Under the pieces are notes generated by a model, which worked only from the letters and a program-made list of their open reading frames with translations, did not search any database and had not been told where the DNA came from. Both the position numbers and the translations under genes were made by a program. DNA of 64,000 nt from Lama glama (lineage: Eukaryota): contig CM052817.1 of NCBI GenBank assembly GCA_028534125.1, forward strand, positions 104,162,001 to 104,226,000, given 5' to 3'. Position 1 is the stretch's first letter. Every line of letters starts with the position of its first letter. Shown here piece after piece: positions 1 through 13,597 of the stretch.

Positions 1-1179
1 CTGATTTGCAGCAGTGGTCTGTGAGGGTGTGACTCATTATAATCCTGTTTCTCCTCTGCTTAAAATGGACTGCAAGTCAAGATGAAGGCACCGAATTTGG
101 CTAATTTCAGATCACATTGCTTGCTTCATGGCTTTGAAAATGAGATGGCAATTTATGAATTGGTCTATTTTAACACATACGTTTCTCTGCCGTTACTCTG
201 AACAGATGAAAGTGATCATGTGGTGCCCAGTTCCTTGATGCTTTTGTACAGTAGCCTCAAAATGATTCTCTGAGTTAATAGTATAGGTGATGTTTGTACG
301 TATGCTTTCTAGGAAATATGTGAAGCTTTTTAATGAAGTAAAAATTTTACTATTCCTTTCTGCTTCCTTTTCTTTTTCAATTTCTTATAAAAGTGGCATC
401 TCCTAGATTGTAAATAAATTCAAAGACATGTTGAAAACCAAATTGGAGGGAGGATGGTGCACGTAAGAATTACTGTGAAAATGTCTTTCATCTGTTGCTT
501 CATTTCTTATTATGCAGATTTCTTGGCAAAAGATAACATGGGGGAGGGTCTGTAAATTAATATATTTAACCTGATGGCAGTAAGAAATGTAGCATCTGTT
601 CTTGGTGTTCTTGAGGATAATTTACTTCATTAATGCATAATTTCATGCCTGTGAAAGAGAGAAACTCTTGACTGCTGAAGGTGAAATGAGAAGTCAGGCT
701 TCACTGGAGAAGAGCAAACTTGTGTTCTCTGGAGAATTTGACATTTACGGGCAATATGCATATGCATGTGTGGGGAGGAGGAGGCTTTGGGGAAAGTCGC
801 CTCTTGAGGCTGTTTTCATAATTTGGAAAACACCAATACGTGAATGACTTGTCCTGCCCTGCTGGCAATGTAGACAGGCTGACATGCACAGGATAGAGTG
901 AGCAGGCCTGTGTACACTTGCCAGCCAGATGGTCCGAGACAGTTTATTAGCAGTGTCCTTAGATGATGTCTTCATTAGCTTCTTCAGGCAAGATGACTGT
1001 TAGTCTAGTATGGCTTTAGTAGAGCCCTGGATAAAAGGCACCCATATTGGGAAAAACCAGGCTAAACAGGTGTGAAGGTAAAGGTGTAGTTACCAAATTT
1101 CCCAATTGCTCACCAGGAGAGAGAAGGACTCAAGATCTGGTTTCTCCAACCCAGCAGAAGGCAGGCAGGCCAAGGCAAC

Positions 1180-1345
1180 AAGGAGGATCTAGAGCTTGGT
1201 GACACTTATTTGTGCTTCTGGATCGAGCTATGCCTGAAGCTGGATTACCAAAAGATTTTTCTGGTAACTCAAGCAATTAAGTTCCTTTTATTTTTTACAT
1301 TAATTTGAGTAAGGTTCTGTTATCACAACCAAGCCTGCTGTACAA
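1180..1345 (+). mobile_element. Old MaLR LTR 3' part (MLT1J/K/L-like)
   Basis: ctggatcgagctatgcctgaagc...caattaagttcctttt...ttgagtaaggttctgttatcacaacc resembles the recalled MLT1 3' end. Confidence 0.55.
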
Positions 1346-1476
1346 CCAGGAAAGCTAGTACTTAATAGTGAACTCATGAAGTTCCAAGAAGAAGATAGAA
1401 ACAAAAAACTCTTAGGATAAAGGTACAATGAAGCAGATTAATCTCTTAAAAATAGAAGATCTGGTTTCTGCATTAT

Positions 1477-1499
1477 TGTGTGTGTGTGTGTGTGTGTGT
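1477..1499. repeat. (TG)n microsatellite
   Basis: Directly visible. Confidence 0.95.
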
Positions 1500-2462
1500 A
1501 TTTTCATATCTTCCAAACCAAACTAGGAAACCTGGGCTACAGTAAAGGCATTTTTTTTCCTTTTGCCACAAAAGTAAGAAGAAGCAGTGTGCTGTGCTGT
1601 CCGTAGACAATAGAGAGGCACTCACAGAATATACTTACATTCTTATAAACCCCTGGAGGTCCTAGCATTCTGAGAAGTTTTCTTCCATAGAGGGCTCGGC
1701 TTGTATCTTTGAGCTTTAAGTATTTTTTTTTTTTATTTGGGGACATGTCAGAAAAGTTCTTATTTTACAAAAATCTTTCTTGGCTAAATTATTCCAAAAG
1801 TGCTTACATATTAAAACAGTATCATTTCCCTCCAAAAAAAATTTAAATAAAATCAGTGAACAAAATCTGCTAGAATAGTTATATTTGTGTGCTAGTCTGA
1901 ATCAGAAACTTTCCTGATTTTGACAGTTCAACATGTAAGTAGTATTTCTCAACTTCAAGAATTTATCTAGTGTGGCATCTTAAATCATGATGTACAAAAT
2001 TAACCAATGATAACTGGTTTGATTTCTGTCCAGCAAGTTTTAGAATTTTCTTGTTTTTGAAAGTAACCGAGAAGTTCATATATAATTCTCTGATAACTTA
2101 GAGAATTCTGTGCTTTTCATGCCTTTTAAATACTTCTGTCTTACTTTTGACTCTTCAGCTCATTTGTTCCAAGAGTATAATTTGACCATTATCAAAATAA
2201 AACCGAATAATATATAATAGAATAGTATTGAGTCAGAGTCTTTGAAATCTGTGAAAGACAATGGAGAATAAATCTTAGCAGAAGTGTGGTTCACTGAAGA
2301 TAAATGAAGAGATTCTGTGAAACTATTTAATCTGTGAATCAAGAATTTCTTCTCATGAGAATCTATGCTCCATTCTTTCCCTCAACCCTTCCCTCCCTTA
2401 TTTTTGTAATAATGGAAATACAATAAAGATACATAGCTGGATATTTGGACATACAACAAACA

Positions 2463-2950
2463 TTTTAGCTATTGATGCATAACCAACCACTCCATAATCG
2501 AATGGCTTAAGTAAATTAAGTACTATGTTTGTTTATGATTTTGTAACTTGGGCAGGGCTCAGCCGGTGCTGCCTCTGCTGGTACTGCTGGTGGTCAGTCA
2601 CGTGACTGAAGTCAGCTGACATGCTAGTTAAGCTCGACTCAGCCCTGATGTCTTTTTCCATGTAGTCTCAGGACCTCTTATGTGTCATATGTGAATGACC
2701 CCTTCAGCTACATGGCCAAAGAACTCAGCTGGTGTCATAGGGCTCCCCAAAGCACAAGAGCACAAGCATTTCAGGGCATCTTAGGCTTAGGTTGAGAACT
2801 AGCACATTGTCGATTTAATTGCACTTTATTAATTAAAATGAGCTAGAGGGACGGCCCCAAATCAAGAGAATTTGATTACACTAGGGCATGAATAGTAAGC
2901 AATGGCTTACTGTGACTGTAATGGACTGCCAATGGAACTGACTACCACGT
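2463..2950 (-). mobile_element. Old MaLR LTR (MLT1 family)
   Basis: gctattgatgcataaccaaccactcc...aatggcttaag...gggcagggctcagc...gactaccac matches the reverse-complement MLT1 layout. Confidence 0.65.
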
Positions 2951-3659
2951 TGATATTAATACACTGCTTATAGCAGTGTTCACTCTTTCCATAATAATAT
3001 TGTGATATTAATATTAAGGAAAGATATGTGACTTAAAGTGCAAATAAATACTTCTTTTAGAATATGTATGTTGTAAAATTCTGTTTTGTTTTGATCATGG
3101 TCAAATTGTGACTACTGAAAAGTAGATAAAATTGATCAAAAAGAAGAGACACACTAATCCTTTTACAAATGAGTGTAAATAATTAGCAAAGCTTCTAGAC
3201 TAGAAGATTCATTGAATTGCTATGTTGGAAACCCTTACTGTTTTATTAAGTTAGAACTTATATGAGGCCATAAGTTTATTCTCTGTTCTGGTAATATTTT
3301 CTTAGGTATCCATTTCATAATGAACTCTACTAAAAATAAGAAGAAATGTTATCTAGACAAATACATTACAATAAAAATTGAACATATTTATTAATATTGT
3401 AAAGAATAGAATTTCCATAAAAATATTAGCTCTGGAAATCACTACAATTGTTGATTGATTTATGGTAAAGAAATGTAATCATTGTGACCATCTGATTTCC
3501 ATTTTCAATTTTCAGTTTGGCTGAAAATACAAACTCTCTTTTGTTTGGTGACTTTTCCCTTGCATTTCCTAAAATAGGGGTCTTCCTGAAATAGTAGAAC
3601 CATTTGTTGGCAAAGATGCACAAGGAGAAGATATTTGCTGTTTGTAGCACAAAGAATGT

Positions 3660-3930
3660 TAATACCATAATACACAATATATTTTACAATGGAATAAGAA
3701 GCAAATACATAATTCAGTAAGAAAAGAGACGCATATATCAATAAGCAACTTACAGAGGAAGAAATGAAAAAGGCCATAAATGGATTTTTTAAAATGCTCA
3801 ATTTCCTTAAAAAAGAAAGAAATGCAAATTAAAGTAATAATGGGATATAATTTTCTGTCTATCAAATTGGCAAGGGTTTTGCAAAAACAGACTGATAAAA
3901 CAGTGGTGGCATTGCAAATGTGATTTCTAA
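3660..3930 (+). mobile_element. Ancient L1 (L1M) ORF2 3' fragment
   Basis: aaatgctcaatttcctt...gaaatgcaaattaaagtaataatgggatataattttctgtctatcaaattggcaa is the degenerate ORF2 C-terminal motif. Confidence 0.6.
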
Positions 3931-4484
3931 ACATCAACACAGAAGTTGAGACCCAGAAATGGACCCAAACCAGCTCTTAACAAAGAAGATAAAATAGTCG
4001 TGTCTAAGGTGCCTGTAAGCTAGTCCTTGAATTTCTAACTTCAGCTGTTACTCATTTCTAAAAGTTCTATGTAGTTCTTTTTCAAAAATACTAGGTTATT
4101 TCTCATAATTTCCTATTTACTGATATTATTTTAAATATTTTTTTTATTTATTAGAACATAGTAACAAGCATAGTTGTTTCTAATCTGGTTCTTCAAACTC
4201 TAATATTTAATGTATTTCCGAGTCTTTTCTTGCTCTGTTTCTTCTAGTTCATGGTTCCTTATTTCCTAATGTACTTAACTCTTCTTTTTTTCTTAAGAAC
4301 TGCTTATTATTTCTATTATTATTATTATTAGAAAATTATTTGTTGGAGTTGTTTGAATCCTAAGAGGAGAACTCTTTTGTCCAAGAGATATTTGATCTTC
4401 CTCTATCAAGCACTTCGGGTCACTAGGCGCACACCCTGGCATTTAATGCTCTCTCGTACTACCTGTAAATCCAGCAAAACAAAA

Positions 4485-4665
4485 GTATATACAGCACGGT
4501 GACTGTAATTAACATTATCCTATGGTATATTTGAAAGTTACTAGGAGAGTAGATTTTAAAATTTTCACCATACACACAAAAAAACTGTAGCTACAGGACA
4601 TGGTGTGTATGTTAACTAGCCTTATTGTGGCAATCATTTTGCAATATATACATACCAAAAAAAGG
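4485..4665 (+). mobile_element. L1MA-type 3' UTR fragment
   Basis: tatatttgaaagttactaggagagtagattttaaaattttcacca...tatgttaactagccttattgtggcaatcattttgcaatatatacata. Confidence 0.7.
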
Positions 4666-4756
4666 CATAAAATCATTCAATTTGGCAAATGCCCTCAGGG
4701 CAAAATGGAATTCAGGTTCAAAATAATCATCTGGGTTCCATTAATCACTTAGACTT

Positions 4757-6165
4757 TCTTTTTTGTTTTTACTCAAGTATAAGTTGATTTACAGCATTAT
4801 ATTAGTTTCAGGTGTACAATATAGTGATTCAGTATTTTATGCATTGTACTCCATTTAAAGCTATTACAAAACAATGGCTATATTTCTGTGTGCTGTTCAA
4901 TATATCCTTGTTGCTTATTTATGTTATATATAGTAGTTTGTATCTCTTAATTTTGTACCTCAACCTTGCCCCTCCCCTCACCCCTCTCCCCACTGGTGAC
5001 TAGTTTGTTTTCTATATCTGTGAGACAGACAGTTTGCACTTTGTTATATATATTCATTTGTTTTATTTTTTAGATTCCACCTAAAAGTGATAACATAGAA
5101 TATTTGTCTTTCTTAATATGAATTATTTCACTTAGCATAATAGCCTCTCGGTCCATCCACATTGTTGCAAATGGCAGAATTTCATTCTTTTTATGGCTGA
5201 GTAACATCCCATTGTGTATGTACCACATCCTCTTTATTCGTTCTGTTGAGGGACACTTGAGTTGCTTCCATATCTCAGCGATTGTAAATAATGCTACTAT
5301 AAACAGAGGTGCATGTATTTGTTTCAAATTCGTGTTTTCATTTCCTTTGGATATATAACCAGCAGTGGAATTGCTGAATCATATGGTAGTTCTATTTTTA
5401 GCTTTTTGAGGAACCTCCATATGGTTTTCCATAATGGCTGCACCAATTTACATTCCTACCAACGGTATACAAAGTTTCCCTTTTTCTTCACATTCTCACC
5501 AACATTTCTTTTTTTGTGGTCTCTTTGATGATAACCATTCTGACAGATGTGAAGTGGTATCTCATTGTGGTTTTGATTTACATTTCCCTGATGATTAGCA
5601 ACAGTGAACATCTTTTCATGTGCCTGTTGGCCATCTGTATGTCTTCTTTGGACAAATGTCTATTTAGTTCTTCTGCTCATATTTTAAATGAGATTTCTTG
5701 GATTTTTGATACTGAGTTGTATGAGCTGTTTATATATTTTGGATATTAACCCCTATCAGTCACATCATTTGCAAATATTTTCTCCTATTCAGATGATTTC
5801 CTTTACTGTGCAAAATATTTAAGTTTAATTAGATCCTATTTGTTTATTTTCACTTTTGTTTATTTTGCCATAGAAGACAGATCCCCCAAAAATATTACTA
5901 CAGTTTATGTCAAAGAGTGTTATGCCTGCATTCTCTTCTAGGAGTTTCATGGTTTCAGGTCTTGTATTTAGATATTTATTCCATTCTGAGTTTATTTTTG
6001 CATACAGTGTGAGGGAGTGTTCTAATTTCATTGATTTACAGGTAGCTGTCCAGTTTTCCCAGCACCACTTTTTGAAGGGACTGTCTTTCCCCCCTTGTAT
6101 TTTCTTGCTTCCTTTGTCATAGATGAATGGCCTTAAGTGTGTGGGTTTACTACTGGGTTCTCTGT
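4757..6165 (-). mobile_element. 5'-truncated L1 (ORF2 C-terminus plus 3' UTR)
   Basis: Minus ORFs 5070-5327 ([16 protein letters not shown]...NEILPFATMWMD) and 5825-6031 ([16 protein letters not shown]) are L1 ORF2 pieces; T-rich tail at the left end. Confidence 0.93.
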
Positions 6166-6196
6166 TAGAGACTTTGTTAGACTTTGGTTTAGATAT

Positions 6197-7300
6197 CTGT
6201 TATCTATTACTATAATAGTGTTATGTAACAGACAATCGCAGCATTTCAGTGATAGGCAAAAATAAGCACGTGTTGTTCATGGAGCTGGGGTCGTCAGCCA
6301 GGCAGCTCCGAGGATCTTGGCGGGGCTTGTTTGGCTGTGCGGGGTCAGCCGGCTCTCAGCAGAAGGCAGCCTCAGCTGGCATGACTCGGGTGATCTGACG
6401 CTGGTCCTCATGGCTCTCATCCTCTGCCTGGTACTAAACAGGACTAGTCTGGATCTGCCCCTTACAGCTACAGAGAAGATACTGCTACCGAACCAGGTTT
6501 GTTTGCCAGATGTGCTGCACGCCAAACATGGAGATGCCAAAATTTCTAGCAGATAAAAGGTTTATTCTCGAGGCAGCCAAGTGAGCAGATAGAACAAGTC
6601 TCAGATGCACCTCCCAGAAGATGAGGGGCTTGGGGTATTTATGGAATAAAGAAGCAGGGTGGTCTGAGGTGTGGGATAAGGTGATTGGTGACTGGCGGTA
6701 AGAAAAGGGTGATGTGACGGGTGTTCTGTGCAAATATCTGAGTTACATGCTTCTCCATGGGTCACATGCTCAGGAAATGGCAGCATCAGCATGATCAGAG
6801 GGGAAGATGTTGGCCTTCTGATGTCAAAAGGTCATCCACTGGACACTTGTATGGGCCTATTTTGGGGGGGGTCATTGGTCTCAACCATTCTTAACCAGCT
6901 TGAACTTGAACTAACCAAGAGCTGACTCCAGCTGCCTGAAAAATAACTTAAGTATCTGTTACTATAGCAACCCACAGGTCAGAGGAGTTACCTGAAGGGA
7001 CTGCTAAGGAGTCCTATGATCTATGTCTAGGCTACATCAGGCTCGGAGGGTACCCAACTCGCAGGAACAGTTAACGCAAGCTTGGTCAGCAAAGGCAGTT
7101 GCAGGTTATTATTTATTAAGTTGTGGTTCAAGAGGTCTTACTGAGTACTGCCCTCAGTTTCAACATGAGTGAGAAGATCCAAACACACAAGCACCTTTGA
7201 AGTTCCTGTTTAGACTGTGTTTGACAACATGCCACTGGCCCAGGGTCACTGCAAGACAAAGGGATGGATAAACTTTGGGTTGAAGAATAGGATCTTTTTT
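6197..7300 (-). mobile_element. Old MaLR-type LTR split by a younger ERV1-class LTR
   Basis: tctgttatctattactataatagtgttatgtaacagac opening; MLT1-like sequence resumes after 7162. Confidence 0.5.
6483..7162 (-). mobile_element. ERV1-class solo LTR (MER4-group-like)
   Basis: TG...CA ends (tgctaccgaacc...cagtttca), reverse polyA signal tttatt near 6560; no clean TSD. Confidence 0.7.
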
Positions 7301-8094
7301 TCAATTTAACACAGCTCAGTAATATCTTACTGTCTTGGCAGTTCAGTGATACTACTAAGAAGTTTTTTAATCTAGTAATCTTGCTGTTTTCTTTGGTATA
7401 TTTGGTTCACATAGAATAGCCTAAGAGAACAGAAGCTGTTTTGATTGGCAGCTTGTTTCATTTCTCTAATTATTGATCTATTTTAACATTTGGAGGCAGA
7501 TGCCATCAAAATAAAGCACACAGAATGTCACCATTACAAATGGGTGAATTGGTAGGACTAAACAACATAATTTAGGGTAGCATTTTTTTGTTCTTATAAT
7601 TATATAGAAGATTAATTTTTTCCCATAATGACAATCAAATATATAGATTAATAAAATGAAGCAAATATGAGCCATAGTTCACCTAAAGCACTGGGGATAA
7701 ATCTCTGCAGATAGATTTAAAAAAAAATAAGATAGTGCTGTTCACACTATATATAACTTGTTTTCATTTCACCTCAAACCGCACGGAGGGAAATTTTTCA
7801 TGTCTATAAATACTCCTCTCCTACATACTTTTTAATGACTGCATGTTATTTTATTTGATTGTTTACCATAATTTATTCAGCCAAACACTTATTTTTAGAT
7901 TGACTGGCTCTACTTTTTTCAATATCATAAACAATGCTGCAAGGAATATTCATATAGATTTGTGTGTTTTTTGTATTAATTTCTTGAGGATAAATGATCT
8001 GAATTTGAAGAACTGATTAAATTTATACCCATTTTCAAGGATGGGATGCATATTTCTAGAGTTGCCTCTGGAGATGTTCACCTGTCTCACACTC

Positions 8095-8643
8095 TAGAAA
8101 TGAAGGGAGACCACTCCCATGAGAACCAGCGAGGACTTTTGCACAGGGGTCAGTGCGGGGCAGAGATGCTGTACCTGGGCAAGGGAGTACGTGCACGTAC
8201 ATGTACGTGAGTACGTGAGCCAGGGAGTGAGCAAGAGAGTACCCAGCAAGGGGTCCTGCCTGTGGCAGAGATGCTGCAGGCAGTCAGGAGTGTGGACAGC
8301 TTTACGAGGCAGAAGGGGGAGGTTTCAGGTGCTCTGGTTGGAGGTTATTGGCAATGGAAACGTTGGAGGCAGGCCAACAGGAAGCTGTCCATCATGTGTG
8401 ATTGGTTTGTGAGCATATTAAGCTTTCTCTGGTTGGTCCTGAGTTGGAAGCAGAGGAAGAAAAAAATACTACTTAGGGATTGTTGGTCAAATCCTGACTA
8501 TTCATGGCCACCTCTGCAGAGGTTTGGCTGTCTGCCCTGGTTGGTACAGAAGTTGTAGTTTGGTTTCCTGGACTTCCCACATGATCGGTGGTCTGTTGCT
8601 GTGTAGGGTCTGGCTGTTGCTCATGTGTATATTCAGTCTTTCA
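8095..8643 (-). mobile_element. ERV1-class LTR remnant
   Basis: GC-elevated block ending tatattcagtctttca, with gattgg / ggttggtcctgagttggaagc motifs typical of MER-type LTRs. Confidence 0.5.
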
Positions 8644-8864
8644 ATTTTGAAAAAGCCATCTGAAAACTAAGGCTTTGCTTGCATTATAATTTTATTTATT
8701 TCAAAAAAAGTCACTTTTAAAATTAGCTATTTATGGAGAGTTCCTAGCAAAATAACCAATCCATAGCAAGGGCTATTATTTACTTAACCTAAGTTAAACT
8801 TTCTAAAATAGTGTACTCATTATATTACCCTTTGTCAAAATTCTGTGGCATTTAGGATCCTACC

Positions 8865-9035
8865 TGATTATTTAGTTCAGGCTAAGTGTATAACAGAATA
8901 CTGTAGACTGAATGGCTTATCACAGCAGAAAGGTGTGTTGCCAAGTTCTGCAGACTGGGAAGTGCAAGGTCAAGGCACTGAGAAATTCAGTGTTTGGTGG
9001 GAGTCCTCCTCCTGGGTCATGGACAGCCGCTTCCA
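8865..9035 (-). mobile_element. MLT1A-like LTR fragment
   Basis: gttcaggct...ataacagaatactgtagactgaatggcttat...ctgggaagtgcaaggtcaaggcactg. Confidence 0.7.
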
Positions 9036-10491
9036 TTTTTGGAAAGGAGATAATGTTTCGATTTCCTTTCAGAGAGATGAGAATAATGAGGACATTTAAA
9101 GTTTCTCTGTTTCTAGAGAAGGCAGTATGCAGTGAATAATTATATCAGTAGGAAAACATGAATAAACATGGGGAAGTAACTAAGCTCTTGTATTCGTTGT
9201 AGGAAGAAAAAATGACTCAATATTAGCAGTTTCTGTGTTACTCTCAGTGGTTGTTTCTACAATAGATACATCAAATGGGGAAGGAGACCTGGCTTTTGCC
9301 ATCAGAAATAACTTTCTTTTCTTGATTTCTCAATTTTGACTAGCTTCAAGTGCAGAGCAAAACCGTTTTTATTACCCCCTACTCTGGTTTCCGTATCTTT
9401 CGGGAAAAAAAAAAAAGCCTCCAAATGCATGGTCATATTGTTAGCATTGGAATTTTCTAATTGATATGAACCCCACTTTCTTGCTGCACTAAAAAATGCA
9501 TGAAAGATACAATGAAACATGTTGCTTTCAAATCAGAGTGGAGTGGTTGGAAAGAAGAAGGTTGAAAGGTTTATTTCATATAGTAGGAACTTCCAGCAGG
9601 AGCCAGAAACACACAGCAGGGTGAGAAATTTTAAAAGCAAAGTTTACCATTAAGAGCTATGGGTTGTCGGTAGCAACCTGAGGCATTGTCTTATACAAAG
9701 CAATGAGAGCAGCAAAGCACCTCAGAGGAACAAAACCCAACTTAAATATTCATCATAACAAGTTTGATTAATTTGGGGAAATGGCATCGTCTGTGTTTGC
9801 TTTATTCAGATTAATTTTTTAAAAAATACTGAATAAAATACAACCTTTTATTAAATGCAAGTGAGATGAATAACTATAGCTTTATTCCTTGATGAACAAA
9901 ATCACTCTGTGTTTCTTAGTATTTAATATTTTCTTAATATTTAAAATTTCTGGTTTTTAATCACCATTAATTTTTGTGGTGAAGTGTTGTAGCGAAAATA
10001 CAACTTTTCCACTTACAGTTTTTATTGGTGAAAACTGTGTAGTCTAATTCAGAACAGCTCAACTGCTGGAGAGGAGTATGATCTTTTTCTATTTCTTTTA
10101 AATCTGAAAACACTGCTGAATACTTTCTAGAATACTTATTGATAGTTATTATTTTTACAAACTAATATCACATACAAAAAACTAAGATGTTTACTCTGAA
10201 AGGGAGATGAAAGTCTGCCTATTTATCATTACTTTTTAATTTGAAAAATGATGCTTTAATTTTAGTTGAAAGAGCAAGGTCAAAATATATTTATATTTAA
10301 AATATAAAAATGTCATTTTATATGACATAATTGAATGTTCTAACAGTGGACTGTGGCCCTTAGCCTGATGTAAACAGGGTCCTGTGACTGCCTACGTTGC
10401 CAGTATTTAGTTGCTAATTAATATACAGGAACAGAATTCCCTTTGCAGTCTTTGCAAATCCTTCCAAGTGAATCATTCCATGCTATAGAAT

Positions 10492-10620
10492 TACGGCAGA
10501 TGTGTGGTTTGTCATGGGACAAACACTCTGAGGGAAAGGAGCACTAGTTAGACAGGGTGGTGGGCCAGCTGGAGTGGATGTGGGCTGTCCCAGGAAAATC
10601 AGAATGTGTGATCACCCAGC
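10492..10620. mobile_element. hAT-Blackjack DNA transposon fossil (MER94/MER81-like)
   Basis: Reverse complement ctgggtgatcacacattctgattttcctgggacag resembles the recalled TAGGGTGACC...CCCGGGACAG terminus. Confidence 0.5.
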
Positions 10621-11116
10621 AAAGAGTACACGGTGAACCCTTGCCCACTTAACCAACTCATCAGTTTCCTAAGTAAACCCCATCTTAGCTTTACATACAT
10701 ACACACACTTTAGTAAAATTCTACATAAGGACCTTTTTAAATTCCTGAGTACCGTCTCAGATCTCTGGGTGGGGGGAAGCACCCCCACACCTTTCACAGG
10801 ATGTATTAATATTGAAGACCTTTACACGTCACTTATGTGTGTATTTAACGTTAAATGTCATGACACTACATTCTTTCAAAACAGCTATTCTATGTGTTTC
10901 GAAGCAATGTCAGTTTCTCTGGCTGTACTGCTAGAGACAGTACAAAAGTGCACTTTGAAATGTTAAGAATAATATTTGGATAAGAGTTCAAAATAAAGGC
11001 TAGAAAAATTTAAGCATAGTGAAATAACTTTTCAATTTGCTTTGAATCTGCAAGAAGTAAAAAGAGGCTAGGCTAATGACAAGGGGTGATGATATAAAGG
11101 TCACAGGAGACAAAAT

Positions 11117-11616
11117 NNNNNNNNNNNNNNNNNNNNNNNNNNNNNNNNNNNNNNNNNNNNNNNNNNNNNNNNNNNNNNNNNNNNNNNNNNNNNNNNNNNN
11201 NNNNNNNNNNNNNNNNNNNNNNNNNNNNNNNNNNNNNNNNNNNNNNNNNNNNNNNNNNNNNNNNNNNNNNNNNNNNNNNNNNNNNNNNNNNNNNNNNNNN
11301 NNNNNNNNNNNNNNNNNNNNNNNNNNNNNNNNNNNNNNNNNNNNNNNNNNNNNNNNNNNNNNNNNNNNNNNNNNNNNNNNNNNNNNNNNNNNNNNNNNNN
11401 NNNNNNNNNNNNNNNNNNNNNNNNNNNNNNNNNNNNNNNNNNNNNNNNNNNNNNNNNNNNNNNNNNNNNNNNNNNNNNNNNNNNNNNNNNNNNNNNNNNN
11501 NNNNNNNNNNNNNNNNNNNNNNNNNNNNNNNNNNNNNNNNNNNNNNNNNNNNNNNNNNNNNNNNNNNNNNNNNNNNNNNNNNNNNNNNNNNNNNNNNNNN
11601 NNNNNNNNNNNNNNNN
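11117..11616. other. Assembly gap, 500 N
   Basis: Run of N. Confidence 1.
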
Positions 11617-11937
11617 TATATTTAGTGCAAAATCCAAACCCATATTGATGTTGAAAATATATTTAACATTCGCATCTTCCAAAAACTGCTTATCAACCAT
11701 CAACACACATTCATCCCAATTCAGAAGACTAATTAAAAAAATTCAAACATATGTATGTAAAAGTTCATGTATGTGTAAAAGTTCTTGAGGTGGGCTTTAT
11801 TTTACCCAGGATAAATATGCATATTCCCAGTCTGTTTCCCTTGGTTTTTCTGGAAATGTTAAATGTCATAAAGTACAACTCAGGTTTATAGTTCTCAACA
11901 GGGGAAAATTCCAGCTATTCAAATACTTCACAGTAAA

Positions 11938-12250
11938 ACACAAATGAACTTACTTACGAAACAGAAACAGTCTAACAGACTTGGAAAAGAAACTTATGGC
12001 TACCAGTGGGGAAAGGGGGTGGGAAGGGATAAATGGGAGTGTGAGATTTGCAGATACTAACTACTATATATAAAATAGATAAACAACAAGTTTCTTCTGT
12101 ATAGTACAGGGAACTATGTTCAATATCTTGTAGTGATCTATAATGAAAAAGAACATGAAAAGGAATATATATATATATATATCTGAAACATTATACTGTA
12201 CACCAGAAACTGACACGTTATAAACTGACTATACTTCCGTTAAAAAAAAA
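11938..12250 (+). mobile_element. Lineage-specific L1 3' end with polyA and 17-bp TSD
   Basis: L1 3' UTR ending ctgactatacttccgttaaaaaaaaa; TSD aaatacttcacagtaaa (11921-11937) / aaatacttcacattaaa (12248-12264). Confidence 0.92.
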
Positions 12251-13597
12251 TACTTCACATTAAAGACGACTTCCATTTTCTTAAACCAGATGTCAAGAAT
12301 TCTCAAACTGCTCATTTAATATTCCCTAAACCGCTACTGTCATGTGGCATTGTACCAGCATAGAAAACTAACATGTCTATGCTTTTATTTATTTGTCTGT
12401 TTATGGTGTGAGCATGTGGAAAGAAATAATGTCCTAAGCAGAAGATTCACTTAACGTAGCAATAGTAGATGAACGTTCATACTTCTTACCACAGTTCTTT
12501 CTGTGAATGCAACTTCCAGTGAGTATGTGTCTTAGACCATGTGAACTGGGAAAAGTGATGGATATCTTTTCAACTGTGGTGATATGAGCCGTGTGTCTTT
12601 GGTGGTAAAAGCACATAGAAAGGACTTCTTATATTAAGAACATCTCCACCCTTCACTTAATTTTGTAGCCTAGATTTTTACGGTTACATGGCAAATGCAA
12701 TTTCAACCCCATTTCCTTCTATGTGACTTTATTGGCTTGTCAAAACCAATACGAGTTGCTACTCTGAGGCCAGAAGCTCCACAGAGAATCAAGTATTATA
12801 CCAGCCTTTCGCTCCTGGTATGCAAAGCATCTTAAAAAGCTGAATTAGCAAACATTGCTGTATGTTGAATTTAAAAAGTTAGACAAATATGCAGAGCTTT
12901 TTCCATTTCTCCAAATAAATGACTAGGTGTGAATAGCTTATTTTACTCTCTAATCTAGTACACACATATGTGTGTATGCATCTGGTCAAATTCCATATGT
13001 TAGAAGTTTGTATTGACTATAAACTTGAAGATATGTATTGAATTAATGAGTTTTCCTTCATCTTACTTCAGCTTAATGGTCTCCTGTGATCATATTTTGT
13101 TGTTGTTTTATTTTATATTAGTTTATTCATAGCCAATCATATAAATAATTGATTAACTCATGAAATCATATAGTGGGAGATAATAAATTAGGTAATATAA
13201 GTAAAGCTGAATAACCTTAACTCATAACAAATCATTTTTAACATCAAATAATGCCTTGGAATTAATAATGTACCACTTATAAATCAGCAAATAGTCATCT
13301 AGAATCTAGACACAGGATAAAGTTACTGGTTGAAGTTGAGACCAATGGTGTAAGAAATACGGAGAGAGATGGGTGTTTGCCAAAGAGAGTGGTTCCACCC
13401 TCCAGTTTTCCAAGGTGGAGGCTTTACTTTGTTGGCCTCTCCTCCTCCTGATGTCAAGGTGTAGATATAGAAACTATTAGATCAGCATGAGAGTCTAAAT
13501 AGAAAAAAGGACCATGTTTTTTATGATGACTTCTTGTCTATACAGCACATGTACAGATTGTAATAAGATGGCCATCAAGCTAGATTTTTTAAATACA

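Noticed and set aside
11076..11706. ORFs of about 200 aa here and at 61947-62574
   Set aside because: Artefacts of translating N runs.
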